64,000 bases of DNA from an uncultured Gammaproteobacteria bacterium. Lineage in GTDB: Bacteria > Patescibacteriota > Microgenomatia > Levybacterales > GWA1-39-11. Positions 48,198 to 57,943 of this stretch are shown here, in pieces. Made by a program: the position numbers and the translations under genes. The notes under the pieces are model-generated. The model was given only the letters and a program-made list of their open reading frames with translations, ran no database searches and was not told where the DNA came from. Every line of letters starts with the position of its first letter. Position 1 is the stretch's first letter. Where the stretch lies: contig CAYVKP010000001.1 of NCBI GenBank assembly GCA_964452165.1, positions 490,729 through 554,728 of the forward strand, written 5' to 3'.

Positions 48198-49068
48198 TTA
48201 TCATACACCGGTATTACTGTCAGAAGTTGTTGAAGGATTGCAGGTTCGAAAAGATGGTTTGTATATAGACGCGACGCTTGGGGGAGGGGGACATACCTCT
48301 GAAATCCTTAAGCTTGGGGGAAGAGTTTTAGGAATAGATCAAGACGAAGATAGTATTTCGCACATTAAAAAGAAGTTTGAATCAGAAATAAACGAGGGAA
48401 GATTAGTTGTGTCTCAGGGTAACTTTTCAGAGATAGAAAAAATTGCCCAAGACAGCGGATTTTCGCAAATCGACGGTATTTTGTTTGATCTTGGAGTTTC
48501 AAGCTATCAGATAGACAAAAGCGGAAGAGGGTTCAGTTTTTTAAAGTCCGAAATGCTTGATATGAGAATGTCAAAAAGCATTGATCTAACAGCTTATGAA
48601 ATAGTCAATAATTGGTCGGAGCAGCAACTTTATGAGATTTTCGCAAAATATGGGGAAGAGATAAAGGCAAGAGACGTTGCAAAGGCGATTTTTGTGGCAA
48701 GAAGGATTAAGCCAATAGAAACAACGACTGAGCTTTCAGAAATCGTAACTGGAGTTATCAAAAATTCAGGAAAAATACATCCGGCGACAAGAATATTTCA
48801 GGCCTTGAGAATTGCTGTAAACGAGGAGCTTGGGAGTTTAAGAAGTGCGTTGACTTCTGGATTCAAACTTTTAAAAAGAGGAGGAAGAATAGAAGTAATA
48901 TCTTTCCACTCTCTTGAGGATAGAATCGCTAAGCTTTATTTCTCAAGCCTTGAGAGGGAGGGCGCGGCTCACTTAATTAATAAAAAGCCGATTGTAGCAG
49001 GGGAGAAGGAGACAGAGATCAACAGGCGTTCAAGAAGCGCCAAACTTAGAATTATAGAAAAAATATGA
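48190..49068 (+). CDS. rsmH: 16S rRNA (cytosine1402-N4)-methyltransferase
   Basis: HTPVLLSEVVEGL...YIDATLGGGGHT...FDLGVSSYQ...SFHSLEDRI are RsmH/MraW signatures. Confidence 0.9.
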   Translation: MDNYHTPVLLSEVVEGLQVRKDGLYIDATLGGGGHTSEILKLGGRVLGIDQDEDSISHIKKKFESEINEGRLVVSQGNFSEIEKIAQDSGFSQIDGILFDLGVSSYQIDKSGRGFSFLKSEMLDMRMSKSIDLTAYEIVNNWSEQQLYEIFAKYGEEIKARDVAKAIFVARRIKPIETTTELSEIVTGVIKNSGKIHPATRIFQALRIAVNEELGSLRSALTSGFKLLKRGGRIEVISFHSLEDRIAKLYFSSLEREGAAHLINKKPIVAGEKETEINRRSRSAKLRIIEKI

Positions 49069-49352
49069 AAAGAATAATCAAATTATCAATACTTATTTTA
49101 GTCGTTGTGGCGATTGTTTTGCAGTGTGTAAGTATTTATTTGTCAAACACAAATGCAATAACAAGCGTTGATGCGACCAAACTTTCGGCTCAAATAGAAA
49201 ACTTGAGCGAAGAGAATATGCAGCTTGAGACCAAGGTTTTGGCCTTATCGTCAATGACAAATGTTGCATCAAGAGCAGCTGTTATGGGATATTCCGATAG
49301 TCGTGATATAGTCTCGCTTTACGATCCGGTACAAGTGGCTTCCGCGCGATGA
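49065..49352 (+). CDS. ftsL: Cell division protein FtsL-like (single TM + coiled coil)
   Basis: 95 aa, N-terminal TM, leucine-rich heptads. The position between rsmH and ftsI is conserved. Confidence 0.5.
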   Translation: MKRIIKLSILILVVVAIVLQCVSIYLSNTNAITSVDATKLSAQIENLSEENMQLETKVLALSSMTNVASRAAVMGYSDSRDIVSLYDPVQVASAR

Positions 49353-51037
49353 GAAAATCAGAAGCAGCAAGATTTGGAATAGTTGGAGCAGTAGTCTTAA
49401 TTTTATACCTCGTCCTGACAGTAAGACTTTTTTATTGGCAAACAGTTCGCGCTGAGCATCTCTCGGATCTTGGAAAGCAACAAAGCTCTGAGACCTTAAA
49501 TGTGCCTGCAATTAGAGGTAAAATCCTATCAAGCGATAATTTTCCTCTTGCCGCAAACACTATCTCCTATATGTTGTATTCAAATCCCAAGCTAATTGAA
49601 GACAAGAAATACGTAGCTGACAAAATTGCTCCAATACTAAAGGAAGATTCGGCTTCGATTTCAGCACTCCTGTCACGAAATCTTTTCTGGGTTAAGCTAT
49701 CCCAGAACCTTGATGATACGGCAAAAAAACAGATAGACGATCTCAGGCTTAAGGGCTTGGGGTTTGAGCAAGAATATTCAAGGTTTTATCCTGAGGCCTC
49801 AATGGCAGCGCATTTAATTGGTTTTTTGGGTAGAGATGAAAATGGAGCTAGGAAAGGTTACTTTGGAGTAGAGGGGCAGTACAATGATCAGCTTTCAGGC
49901 CGAGACGGAGCAAGACATGCTATTCGCGATGCCTTGGGAAATCAAATACTAAATGACATTAGGGAAGATAAGAAAATTGACGGGAGGAATATTAGATTGA
50001 CAATAGATCGCTCCGTTCAATTCATTGTCGATCAGAAATTGTCCGATGGAGTCACGCGTTATAACGCAGATGGCGGAAGCGCCATTGTCATGGACTCGAA
50101 AACTGGTCAAATTTTGGCAATGGCATCTTATCCCGATTTTGATCCCAACAAATATTACGAACAAAATCCGGACATATATACAAATCCCGTACTTTCAGAG
50201 CTTTACGAACCGGGTTCAACTTTCAAAGTTTTGGTTATGGCATCGGCGTTAGACCAGAATCTTGTTACTCCTAATACCAGGTGTGATATTTGTGCGTCTT
50301 CTGTTCAGGTAGGTGAATATAAAATAAAAACCTGGAATGATCAATATTTTCCAAATACCACAATGGAACAGGTTATAGTCCACTCAGACAATACCGGCAT
50401 GGTATACGTTGGGAGAAAACTGGGCGTTTCAAGAATGGTTGATTATTTAACGCGTTTCGGTTTTGGGACGCCGACGGGTGTTGATCTACAGGGTGAGGCA
50501 ACGGGCATTGTCCGCGACAAAGATTCTTGGCATGAGATTGATTTGGCAACCTCTTCTTTCGGCCAGGGCATATCGGTTACTCCTATTCAGCTTATTACGG
50601 CAGTCAATTCAATTGCTAACAAAGGTCAACTAATGGCCCCTTACGTTGTTTCCCAAATCCTGACGGACGATGGAAGAACAATAGACATTAAACCAAAAAC
50701 TGAAACCCGTACGGTATCCGAGGCGGCAGCTTTGACAACCGCATCGATGATGGTTGATGCCGTTGAAAACGGTGAAGCAAAATGGACAAAAATTAATAAC
50801 TATCAAGTTGCCGGAAAGACCGGTACCGCTCAGATTCCGGTCGCGGGCCATTATGACCCAAATCAAACAGTAGCCTCATTCGTGGGTTTTTTTCCGGCGT
50901 ATAATCCCAAAGTCACCATGCTTGTGCTTCTGAATAGACCAAAGACCTCCATCTATGGGGCCGAAACAGCTGCGCCTATTTTTTTCTCGATTGCTCGTGA
51001 TCTCATAAAATACTATAATTTACCTTCCGATAAATAA
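49349..51037 (+). CDS. ftsI: Peptidoglycan D,D-transpeptidase FtsI / class B PBP
   Basis: N-terminal TM and PBP dimerisation domain. The transpeptidase motifs SxxK (STFK), SxN (SDN) and KTGT (KTGTAQ) are present. Confidence 0.85.
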   Translation: MRKSEAARFGIVGAVVLILYLVLTVRLFYWQTVRAEHLSDLGKQQSSETLNVPAIRGKILSSDNFPLAANTISYMLYSNPKLIEDKKYVADKIAPILKEDSASISALLSRNLFWVKLSQNLDDTAKKQIDDLRLKGLGFEQEYSRFYPEASMAAHLIGFLGRDENGARKGYFGVEGQYNDQLSGRDGARHAIRDALGNQILNDIREDKKIDGRNIRLTIDRSVQFIVDQKLSDGVTRYNADGGSAIVMDSKTGQILAMASYPDFDPNKYYEQNPDIYTNPVLSELYEPGSTFKVLVMASALDQNLVTPNTRCDICASSVQVGEYKIKTWNDQYFPNTTMEQVIVHSDNTGMVYVGRKLGVSRMVDYLTRFGFGTPTGVDLQGEATGIVRDKDSWHEIDLATSSFGQGISVTPIQLITAVNSIANKGQLMAPYVVSQILTDDGRTIDIKPKTETRTVSEAAALTTASMMVDAVENGEAKWTKINNYQVAGKTGTAQIPVAGHYDPNQTVASFVGFFPAYNPKVTMLVLLNRPKTSIYGAETAAPIFFSIARDLIKYYNLPSDK

Positions 51038-51038
51038 G

Positions 51039-51161
51039 ATGAAGCACACGCGTAAAAAGATTTACTTTATGGGGCGGACCGATACCGCAAAGCGGGAGAG
51101 GGAGCCCGGCTGCGAGCGAAGCGAGACAGCGGGGGAGGGAGAGGGGTTTATCGCAAAATGA
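51039..51161 (+). other. Upstream mini-ORF (40 codons) made of a duplicated murC 5' end plus a GC/G-rich insert; its TGA overlaps the murC ATG
   Basis: ATGAAGCACACGCGTAAAAAGATTTACTTTATGGGG (51039..51074) is an imperfect copy of the murC start ATGAAACTAAAGTATAAAAAGATTTACTTTATGGGA (51158..51193). The intervening ~83 bp is GC-rich with runs of G (GCGGGAGAGGGAG...GCGGGGGAGGGAGAGGGG). Confidence 0.5.
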
Positions 51162-52603
51162 AACTAAAGTATAAAAAGATTTACTTTATGGGAATAAAAG
51201 GTGTTGGAATGGCGACGCTTGCCGTAATGTGTAAGCAGGCCGGTTTTATAGTTGGCGGATCAGATATAGATCAGGAATTTATAACTGATAAGATTCTTAA
51301 AGACGCCGGAATTGAGGTAAAAATAGGCTTTAAGCAAGACAATGTGAGAGATTTTTTTGGCTCTAGCAATGCGGATTGCCTTTTTGTCGCAACAGGGGCT
51401 CACAGTGGATTTGATAATGAAGAAGCGAGGGAAGCAAAAAACCTGGGAATCAGAGTGATCTCACACGGTGAGGCAGTTGGCTACTTTATGAATGGTGAGC
51501 CCTTCGGCCGCTCTGACACTGAAGGAGTGTCAATTGCTGGAGCACACGGTAAAACGACGATATCGGGTATGGTAGCGACAGTTTTATCTGGGGCAAATCT
51601 TGACCCAAGTTTTACGGTTGGTACAAGCGAGATATTTCCCTTAGGGCCGGCCGGTCATTACGGACTCGGCCGTTATTTTGTCGCAGAAGCCGATGAGTAT
51701 CTATCCGAGTCAAATCATGACAGAACAGCAAAATTCCTACATCAAAAGCCCACAGCCTTAATCATAAACAATATAGATTTTGATCACCCGGATTTTTACA
51801 AAGATATAGAGGCTGTAGAAGAGGCGTATTTGGAATTTGCGCAAAACGTACCAGCAAATGGATTAATAGTTGCTAATGGTGATGATACCCACACTAAGAA
51901 TGTAATCACAAAGCTCACAACGGGTGTTCGCGTGGTAACGTTCGGTGCAGGCGAAAGTAATGACTTTGTAGTCTCGGGTTTTGTCCAGGAAGGTCCCATG
52001 TCTCACTTCACAGTAAAAAACAAAGATGTATTGATTGGGAGGTTCTCCCTCTCCGTCCCAGGCTACCATAATGCTAAAAACGCAACAGCCGTGATTGCGC
52101 TTCTGATTGAGCTTGGATTAGGAGTCGATAAGATAGGAAAAAATCTGCAAAACTTCCAAGGGACAAAAAGAAGAATGGAAATTGTGGGGAAAACCCAACA
52201 AGGACAAACCATAATAGATGACTATGCTCACCACCCTGAGGAGATCAGTAAAACGCTTTCAGCTTTAAAACTCGAGTATCCCGGGAGCAAAATTGTTACC
52301 GTCTTTCAATTTCATACATTTTCAAGAACCAAAGCTTTATTTGATAGTTTTGTCTCAAGTTTTTCCCAAGCCTCAAAAATTATTATCGTTCCAACCTTCG
52401 CCTCACAAAGAGACGAGGCGGCAGAGGAGAACTACGACAAAAAGATGGTTGATGCTCTTGTTGGAATAGGAAAAGAGGCTATACTTATGCCTGCTGATAG
52501 TGTGGTAGAATACGTAAACGCAAATCTAAACTCGCCCAATGTTATCATTTTGACGATGGGTGCAGGAGACGTTTATAGGATAGGATACAAGCTAAAAATC
52601 TAA
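51158..52603 (+). CDS. murC: UDP-N-acetylmuramate--L-alanine ligase
   Basis: KKIYFMGIKGVGMATLA, IAGAHGKTT, GLGRYFVAEADE, GTKRRME and DDYAHHPEE parallel the E. coli MurC motifs (IHFVGIGGAGM, IAGTHGKTT, GHGRYLIAEADE, GTGRRF, DDYGHHPTE). Confidence 0.85.
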   Translation: MKLKYKKIYFMGIKGVGMATLAVMCKQAGFIVGGSDIDQEFITDKILKDAGIEVKIGFKQDNVRDFFGSSNADCLFVATGAHSGFDNEEAREAKNLGIRVISHGEAVGYFMNGEPFGRSDTEGVSIAGAHGKTTISGMVATVLSGANLDPSFTVGTSEIFPLGPAGHYGLGRYFVAEADEYLSESNHDRTAKFLHQKPTALIINNIDFDHPDFYKDIEAVEEAYLEFAQNVPANGLIVANGDDTHTKNVITKLTTGVRVVTFGAGESNDFVVSGFVQEGPMSHFTVKNKDVLIGRFSLSVPGYHNAKNATAVIALLIELGLGVDKIGKNLQNFQGTKRRMEIVGKTQQGQTIIDDYAHHPEEISKTLSALKLEYPGSKIVTVFQFHTFSRTKALFDSFVSSFSQASKIIIVPTFASQRDEAAEENYDKKMVDALVGIGKEAILMPADSVVEYVNANLNSPNVIILTMGAGDVYRIGYKLKI

Positions 52604-52610
52604 GATCGCT

Positions 52611-53951
52611 ATGAAGAAATATATTATAAAGGGTGGAGATAATCTTGAGGGATCAATTGCGGTGTCGGGGGCCAAAAACGTTGTGTTGCCGGCATTAGTC
52701 GCAGCCTGTCTCACGGAAGAAGAGGTAGAGCTCAAGAATGTTCCGTTGATTGCGGATTTTTTCGTCATGATTGATCTTATCCGCGAGATAGGCGGAGACG
52801 TTGAGGTAAAAGGGCACAGTGTAAAAATAAAAGTTGCCGAGGTTGAACAGACAAAAATTCCCCTTGATGCCGGCGCCAAGATCAGAACATCTTCCATGTT
52901 TGTCGCTCCGCTTCTTGCAAGAGCAAAAGAAGCATTTATTCCAAATCCGGGCGGCTGTAGAATTGGGGCAAGACCAATAGATCGTCATATAGAGGGACTT
53001 GAGGCAATGGGTGTTTCATCTGTTTATAGGAGTGAAGACGGATATTTTCATCTAAAAACAGGAGGACTTGAGGGGGCAAGATATAAATTCACAAAAAATA
53101 CACACACAGGCACAGAAGTTCTCATAATGGCAGCAGTTTTGGCAAAAGGACAGACCGTTATTGAAAACGCGGCGCAAGAGCCGGAGGTTGACGATCTTAT
53201 CGCTCTACTTTCAGAAATGGGGGCCGATATTAAAAGGAGCGAGGCGCGCACTATAGTTATAAACGGAGTTGAGAAGCTGCATGGCACATCTTACAGTATC
53301 ATGCCGGACCGCAACGAAGTTGTAACGTTTGCGGTTCTCTCGGCGCTAACCGGTGGGAAAATTCTTATTGAAAACGTTCAGGAAGATCACATAGGCGGAT
53401 TTCTGGAATTATTTAGGCAGGCCGGTGGATCATGGGAGAAAGTTGGTAGGGCAGTGAGATTCTATGTCAAAGACGGTATTAAGCCGACAGATGTGGCAAC
53501 TGCTCCTCACCCGGGATTTATGACCGACTGGCAAGGCCCGTGGGCCGTCTTTATGACTCAGGCCAACGGTGAGTCTACGATCCATGAGACCGTTTATGAA
53601 AGCAGATTTGGGTATGTAGATGAGCTCAAAAAAATGGGAGCAGAACTGGAGTTTTATGAGCCAAAAGTTGACAGACCATCGGAGTTTTACAACTTCAACT
53701 ATGAAGATCATGACAAAGATGTTAAACAGGGACTTAGGATTCACGGAGCAACCCCTTTGCACAATGGAGTTTTAAATATCTCGGATCTTCGGGCGGGGGC
53801 AACTCTTGTGATTGGTTCGCTTCTTGCTAAAGGGGAGAGCATAATTCATGGAATTGAGTATCTCGAACGTGGTTACGAAGATTTCGATGCCAGGCTGCGA
53901 GGTCTTGGGGCAAAAGTTGAAATGGTTGGCGAAGAGGAGATGGAGGGCTAA
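52611..53951 (+). CDS. murA: UDP-N-acetylglucosamine 1-carboxyvinyltransferase
   Basis: KYIIKGGDNLEGSIAVSGAKNVVLPALVAACL is the canonical MurA N-terminus. Length is 446 aa. Confidence 0.9.
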   Translation: MKKYIIKGGDNLEGSIAVSGAKNVVLPALVAACLTEEEVELKNVPLIADFFVMIDLIREIGGDVEVKGHSVKIKVAEVEQTKIPLDAGAKIRTSSMFVAPLLARAKEAFIPNPGGCRIGARPIDRHIEGLEAMGVSSVYRSEDGYFHLKTGGLEGARYKFTKNTHTGTEVLIMAAVLAKGQTVIENAAQEPEVDDLIALLSEMGADIKRSEARTIVINGVEKLHGTSYSIMPDRNEVVTFAVLSALTGGKILIENVQEDHIGGFLELFRQAGGSWEKVGRAVRFYVKDGIKPTDVATAPHPGFMTDWQGPWAVFMTQANGESTIHETVYESRFGYVDELKKMGAELEFYEPKVDRPSEFYNFNYEDHDKDVKQGLRIHGATPLHNGVLNISDLRAGATLVIGSLLAKGESIIHGIEYLERGYEDFDARLRGLGAKVEMVGEEEMEG

Positions 53952-55210
53952 TGCAGGCAGTAATTCTTGCGGCCGGTCTTTCGAGCCGCTTTCATCCTTT
54001 TAACTTGGTTCACAAGTCGCTGATTCCCGTGTTGGGTGAACCTCTCGTTGTTCATACTATAAGGTCTATCAAAAAAGCCGGAATTACAAGCGTGGTAATC
54101 GTTACCGGAAAGAATAACTTCTTTCAGCAGGTCTTGGGGGATGGTAAAAAATTTGGCGTTAAAATTAATTATTCGGTTTTACCCGAGCCTACGGGAATGG
54201 GGGACGGCCTTCTCGTTGCACAAAAACACATAAAATCGGATTTTTTTCTTTTAAATCCTCAACACGTAGAATTCGATATTTTGAAGGAAGACTTGGATAA
54301 AAAGAAGGGTACGAATAGCAATGTTGTACTTCTTGGCGTAGAAGGCGCGGCCGGTGCAAAGTATGGAGCGATCAAGATAGACGGAGACCGCGTCTTGGAG
54401 GTTGCGGAAAAGCCCAATGACGATAAAAAATTCTCCAACCTAAGGATTGTAGGAGTTTACTTTCTTAACCAAGAATTTATGAAAGTTCTTGGGAAAATTA
54501 AATCCGAACACTACAGTTTTGAAAAAGCCCTTGATAAATATGCAAAACAGGGGAATGTGCGTGTCTCAACAACAGATAAGCCTATATTAACGCTCAAGTA
54601 TCCATGGGACGTATTGAGCATTAAGGATTATCTGATAGGAAAAATCAAAAAGAGAATTTCTTCAAAATCTCACATCTCAAAACACGCGATAATCACTGGA
54701 GACGTCGTGATTGAGGATGGTGCGCACATTATGGAAAACGCAGTTATTAAGGGGCCATCATATATTGGAAAAAACGTTTATGTTGGAACAAATGCCCTGA
54801 TTCGTGACAACAGCGACATTGAAGAAAACGCAAAAATAGGGGCGTACATGGAAGTTAGAGGGTCTCTTGTTATGTCGGGTGTTACTACTCACTCGGGGTT
54901 TATTGGGGATTCGGTAATTGGTACAAATACCAAGATAGGAGCACTTTTTGGAACAGCAAATGTGAGACTCGATAGACAAAACGTTAAAAGTGTCTACGAA
55001 GACACAAAGAATGATACCGGATTTAGGGCGCTTGGTACAATAATCGGTGAGAAAGGGGTTATAGGAGAGCGAGTTTCCACAATGCCGGGCGTTGTCATTG
55101 GAAATAATGTTCAGATAGGTCCATCAACAACGGTTATGAAAAACATTCCCTCAGATACTACCTTTTATACAAAGTTTGCAGAGGTTGTTGAGAAAAAGTC
55201 AGGTTCATAA
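53951..55210 (+). CDS. Bifunctional sugar-1-phosphate nucleotidyltransferase / LbH acetyltransferase (GlmU-like)
   Basis: N-terminal MQAVILAAGLSSRF nucleotidyltransferase fold. C-terminal hexapeptide repeats (GDVVIEDGAHIMENAVIKGPSYIGKNVYVGTNALI...). Confidence 0.6.
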   Translation: MQAVILAAGLSSRFHPFNLVHKSLIPVLGEPLVVHTIRSIKKAGITSVVIVTGKNNFFQQVLGDGKKFGVKINYSVLPEPTGMGDGLLVAQKHIKSDFFLLNPQHVEFDILKEDLDKKKGTNSNVVLLGVEGAAGAKYGAIKIDGDRVLEVAEKPNDDKKFSNLRIVGVYFLNQEFMKVLGKIKSEHYSFEKALDKYAKQGNVRVSTTDKPILTLKYPWDVLSIKDYLIGKIKKRISSKSHISKHAIITGDVVIEDGAHIMENAVIKGPSYIGKNVYVGTNALIRDNSDIEENAKIGAYMEVRGSLVMSGVTTHSGFIGDSVIGTNTKIGALFGTANVRLDRQNVKSVYEDTKNDTGFRALGTIIGEKGVIGERVSTMPGVVIGNNVQIGPSTTVMKNIPSDTTFYTKFAEVVEKKSGS

Positions 55211-55227
55211 TTACTGCCCCAATTGCA

Positions 55228-56841
55228 ATGGCGGGAATTTTATTTAACGTAACATCATTTTTATTTTTTCTGTCCCTTGCTAAGAGCTCAATTCTTTGGG
55301 TCAAAGCGTGGGAAGAAAACAATTTCACTTTCCGGAGATTTTTCATCTATTTAAAGGAAAATAGACGTGGAAGATCTCTCATGGTGGGTGTAGAAAGTAT
55401 TCTAAGGTGGATTGTCATTTTGGTTTATGGTGTAACCCTTTTTTCAAATAACTATGACAATATATACCACCTCTTAGTTTTTGGTTTTTACGTCTTTGTG
55501 ACTTTGGGGTTAGCAAAAAAGATTTACGATAAAGACATAAGCCTTCCAAGCTTTACTCCGGCAAATATAGCAATTATAGCGCTCGTACTGCTTCTTGAAT
55601 TTGTGTTCTACATTTTTTCTCCTCTTGATAAATTTCTGTGGTTCATGATTCTTGAGAAGCTACTTTCCGTATTCATATTAATTCTTGTTTTGTCGCTCGG
55701 CGTATTTTTTGATTTCAGCACTGATTTGGTTATAAACCAAGCCATCAAAAAAATTCAAAAGCACAAGAGACTTTTAACTATAGCCGTCGTTGGAAGTTAC
55801 GGGAGGGGTTCAACAAAAGAGTTTATCGCAAGAGTTCTGTCGCAAAGATACAATGTTTTGGAAACAAAAACGTCTTTTGACAACGCATCAGGAATTGCAA
55901 AAACGATTCTAAGTGGTTTAACTGCGAAGAAGCAAATTTTTATTGCTGAAATGGATGATTACAAAAAAGGTGACATAGGCGAAATGAGCGCTATCATTAA
56001 GCCCTCGATTGCGGTAGTTTGTGGAATTAATGAACAAAAAATGTCGGTCCTGGGATCAATTGATAATATCGTCTCTTCAAAATACGAATTGATAGAGGCA
56101 TTATCCAAAGATGCAGTTGCACTCTTCAATGGTAATAGCGAATATTCGGTTGATCTATACAATAAAACAAACGTCAAAAAATTTATCTACTCAGTTGAAA
56201 AGAAAGATAGCACGTCAGCCATAAGAGCAAGCAATATTAAGGAATCTAAGTTCGATGTGTCTTTTGATGTATATGTTTTGGGTAAGAAATATAAATTATC
56301 CGGAATAAAACTCTTGGGAGGGTATAACATAGAAAATCTTCTACCGGCAATTTTAATTGGAACATATGTAAGTATAGATTTTTCTCAGATTAAAAAAGCA
56401 CTTCTAGATATTAAGCCGCTCCCCGGAGCTATGAATCCAAGCAAAATTAGCAATGGGACCGTAGTCATAGATGATACCTACAACGCCAACATCAACTCAG
56501 TTTTAAGAGCCGTATCTTACACCTCAATTTATAAAGGTAAAAAGGTTATGGTTCTTGAACCTCTTCTTGGCCTCGGTAATTTTGCCGCTCGTGAGCATGA
56601 AGCCCTAGGACAGGAGATAGGAAAAGTGTGCGATTTTCTGTTTTTGACCAATGACAATTACTACAAGGGCATCTTGCAGGGAATCGCAGCAAGTAAATCT
56701 AAGTGTAGGGTGTATCGTGTGCCTCCGGCAAAAATTATCAATTTTATAAACACGCAATGCAAGGCGGAAGATGTAGTTGTATTTGAAGGACCCGGTGCCA
56801 AAAACAGTCTATCCTTCATTCGGAAAGACCCCATTTACTAG
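55228..56841 (+). CDS. murF: MurF-like Mur ligase with an N-terminal ~180-aa multi-TM domain
   Basis: DDTYNANINSVL matches the MurF DDSYNAN signature. The ATP-site region is TIAVVGSYGRGSTKEF, atypical versus GSSGKTS. The N-terminus carries four hydrophobic helices in place of the usual soluble domain 1. Confidence 0.5.
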   Translation: MAGILFNVTSFLFFLSLAKSSILWVKAWEENNFTFRRFFIYLKENRRGRSLMVGVESILRWIVILVYGVTLFSNNYDNIYHLLVFGFYVFVTLGLAKKIYDKDISLPSFTPANIAIIALVLLLEFVFYIFSPLDKFLWFMILEKLLSVFILILVLSLGVFFDFSTDLVINQAIKKIQKHKRLLTIAVVGSYGRGSTKEFIARVLSQRYNVLETKTSFDNASGIAKTILSGLTAKKQIFIAEMDDYKKGDIGEMSAIIKPSIAVVCGINEQKMSVLGSIDNIVSSKYELIEALSKDAVALFNGNSEYSVDLYNKTNVKKFIYSVEKKDSTSAIRASNIKESKFDVSFDVYVLGKKYKLSGIKLLGGYNIENLLPAILIGTYVSIDFSQIKKALLDIKPLPGAMNPSKISNGTVVIDDTYNANINSVLRAVSYTSIYKGKKVMVLEPLLGLGNFAAREHEALGQEIGKVCDFLFLTNDNYYKGILQGIAASKSKCRVYRVPPAKIINFINTQCKAEDVVVFEGPGAKNSLSFIRKDPIY

Positions 56842-56866
56842 CTTCCTTTAAAACGCACCAGCCAAG

Positions 56867-56901
56867 TGTTATAATCAATTTGTATCCCCACGAAAGTGGG
56901 G
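56867..56901 (+). promoter_or_regulatory. Internal promoter (TGTTATAAT extended -10) plus a 6-bp GC stem / GAAA-loop hairpin in the mraY leader
   Basis: TGTTATAAT at 56867..56875. CCCCAC-GAAA-GTGGGG at 56886..56901 ends 8 nt before the mraY ATG, and the G-rich arm could double as the SD. Confidence 0.35.
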
Positions 56902-56908
56902 TTAAATT

Positions 56909-57913
56909 ATGGATCAGGTATTTGGATTCTCTATTTTGTCTCTCGTAATAACGGCTATTTTACTCGTGCCCTTTATAGATTTTTTGTATAAAATAAAGCT
57001 CCAGAAAACTGTTCATCACCTTGATATCTTCAACAAGGGCGTGAGAACTTTTGATAAGTTATCTTCTTGGAAAGTCGGGACTCCATTTGGTGGAGGTCTT
57101 TTGATCGTTTTCGTAGTAACAGTAATGACTTTGTGGGCCTATGGTCTTTTCAGGGTGGAGCTGAAATTTTGGGAGCTTTTTGCTCTTCTCTTCACCTTCG
57201 TAGGCTTCGGTTTACTGGGGTTTTATGATGACATCAAGAAGATATTCAAGAAGAATACCGGCTTTTTCGGCTTAAAACCACTTCACAAGCTTGCGATCCA
57301 ATGGATACTTGCTCTTATCGTGGGGCTGGTTATGTATTATCAGTTGGGCTACTCATTTGTATACGTGCACTTTATAGGGCAGGTCACTCTAGGCGTAGGA
57401 TATGTTTTGTTCGCGGCTTTTGTTATCGTCTCTTTTGCTAACGCAGTCAATGTTTCAGACGGAATGGACGGTCTATCAACAGGGCTCTTGATTATCTGCC
57501 TTGTTGCTTTTCTTGCAATGGCCGGATCAAATCTCGACAGTTTTGTGTCTCTATTCATAGCAACGCTCTTGGGTAGTGTAACAGCATTTTTATATTTCAA
57601 TATTTATAAAGCTAGGCTTTGGCTAGGCGACGTTGGTGCCTTATCTCTGGGAGCAGTTTTGGCGGTAATCGGACTCTTGACCGGTAAACCAATATCGGTT
57701 GCAATAATTGGTGGCGTTTTTGTTATAGAAATAGGGTCTTCTCTTGTGCAGATTTTGTCGAGAAAATTCTTAAATAAAAAAATCTTGCCGATTGCGCCGG
57801 CTCACTTTATTTTTCTCAAAAGAGGCTGGGAAGAACCAAAAGTTGTAATGCGCGCCTGGCTGCTCGGAGTAGTATTTGCTATTATAGGGCTATATATTGC
57901 CTTCCTCAGGTAG
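56909..57913 (+). CDS. mraY: Phospho-N-acetylmuramoyl-pentapeptide transferase
   Basis: NAVNVSDGMDGLSTGL and VGALSLGAVLA are conserved MraY motifs. Ten TMs. Confidence 0.9.
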   Translation: MDQVFGFSILSLVITAILLVPFIDFLYKIKLQKTVHHLDIFNKGVRTFDKLSSWKVGTPFGGGLLIVFVVTVMTLWAYGLFRVELKFWELFALLFTFVGFGLLGFYDDIKKIFKKNTGFFGLKPLHKLAIQWILALIVGLVMYYQLGYSFVYVHFIGQVTLGVGYVLFAAFVIVSFANAVNVSDGMDGLSTGLLIICLVAFLAMAGSNLDSFVSLFIATLLGSVTAFLYFNIYKARLWLGDVGALSLGAVLAVIGLLTGKPISVAIIGGVFVIEIGSSLVQILSRKFLNKKILPIAPAHFIFLKRGWEEPKVVMRAWLLGVVFAIIGLYIAFLR

Positions 57914-57943
57914 ATTCGTTAAACTTATTTTCATACTCCAATT

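Noticed and set aside
51075-51157. G-rich insert as a small ncRNA gene
   Set aside because: It has no flanking promoter or terminator of its own, and it lies within a translated uORF frame. It is treated as an insertion/leader feature (see findings) rather than an RNA gene.
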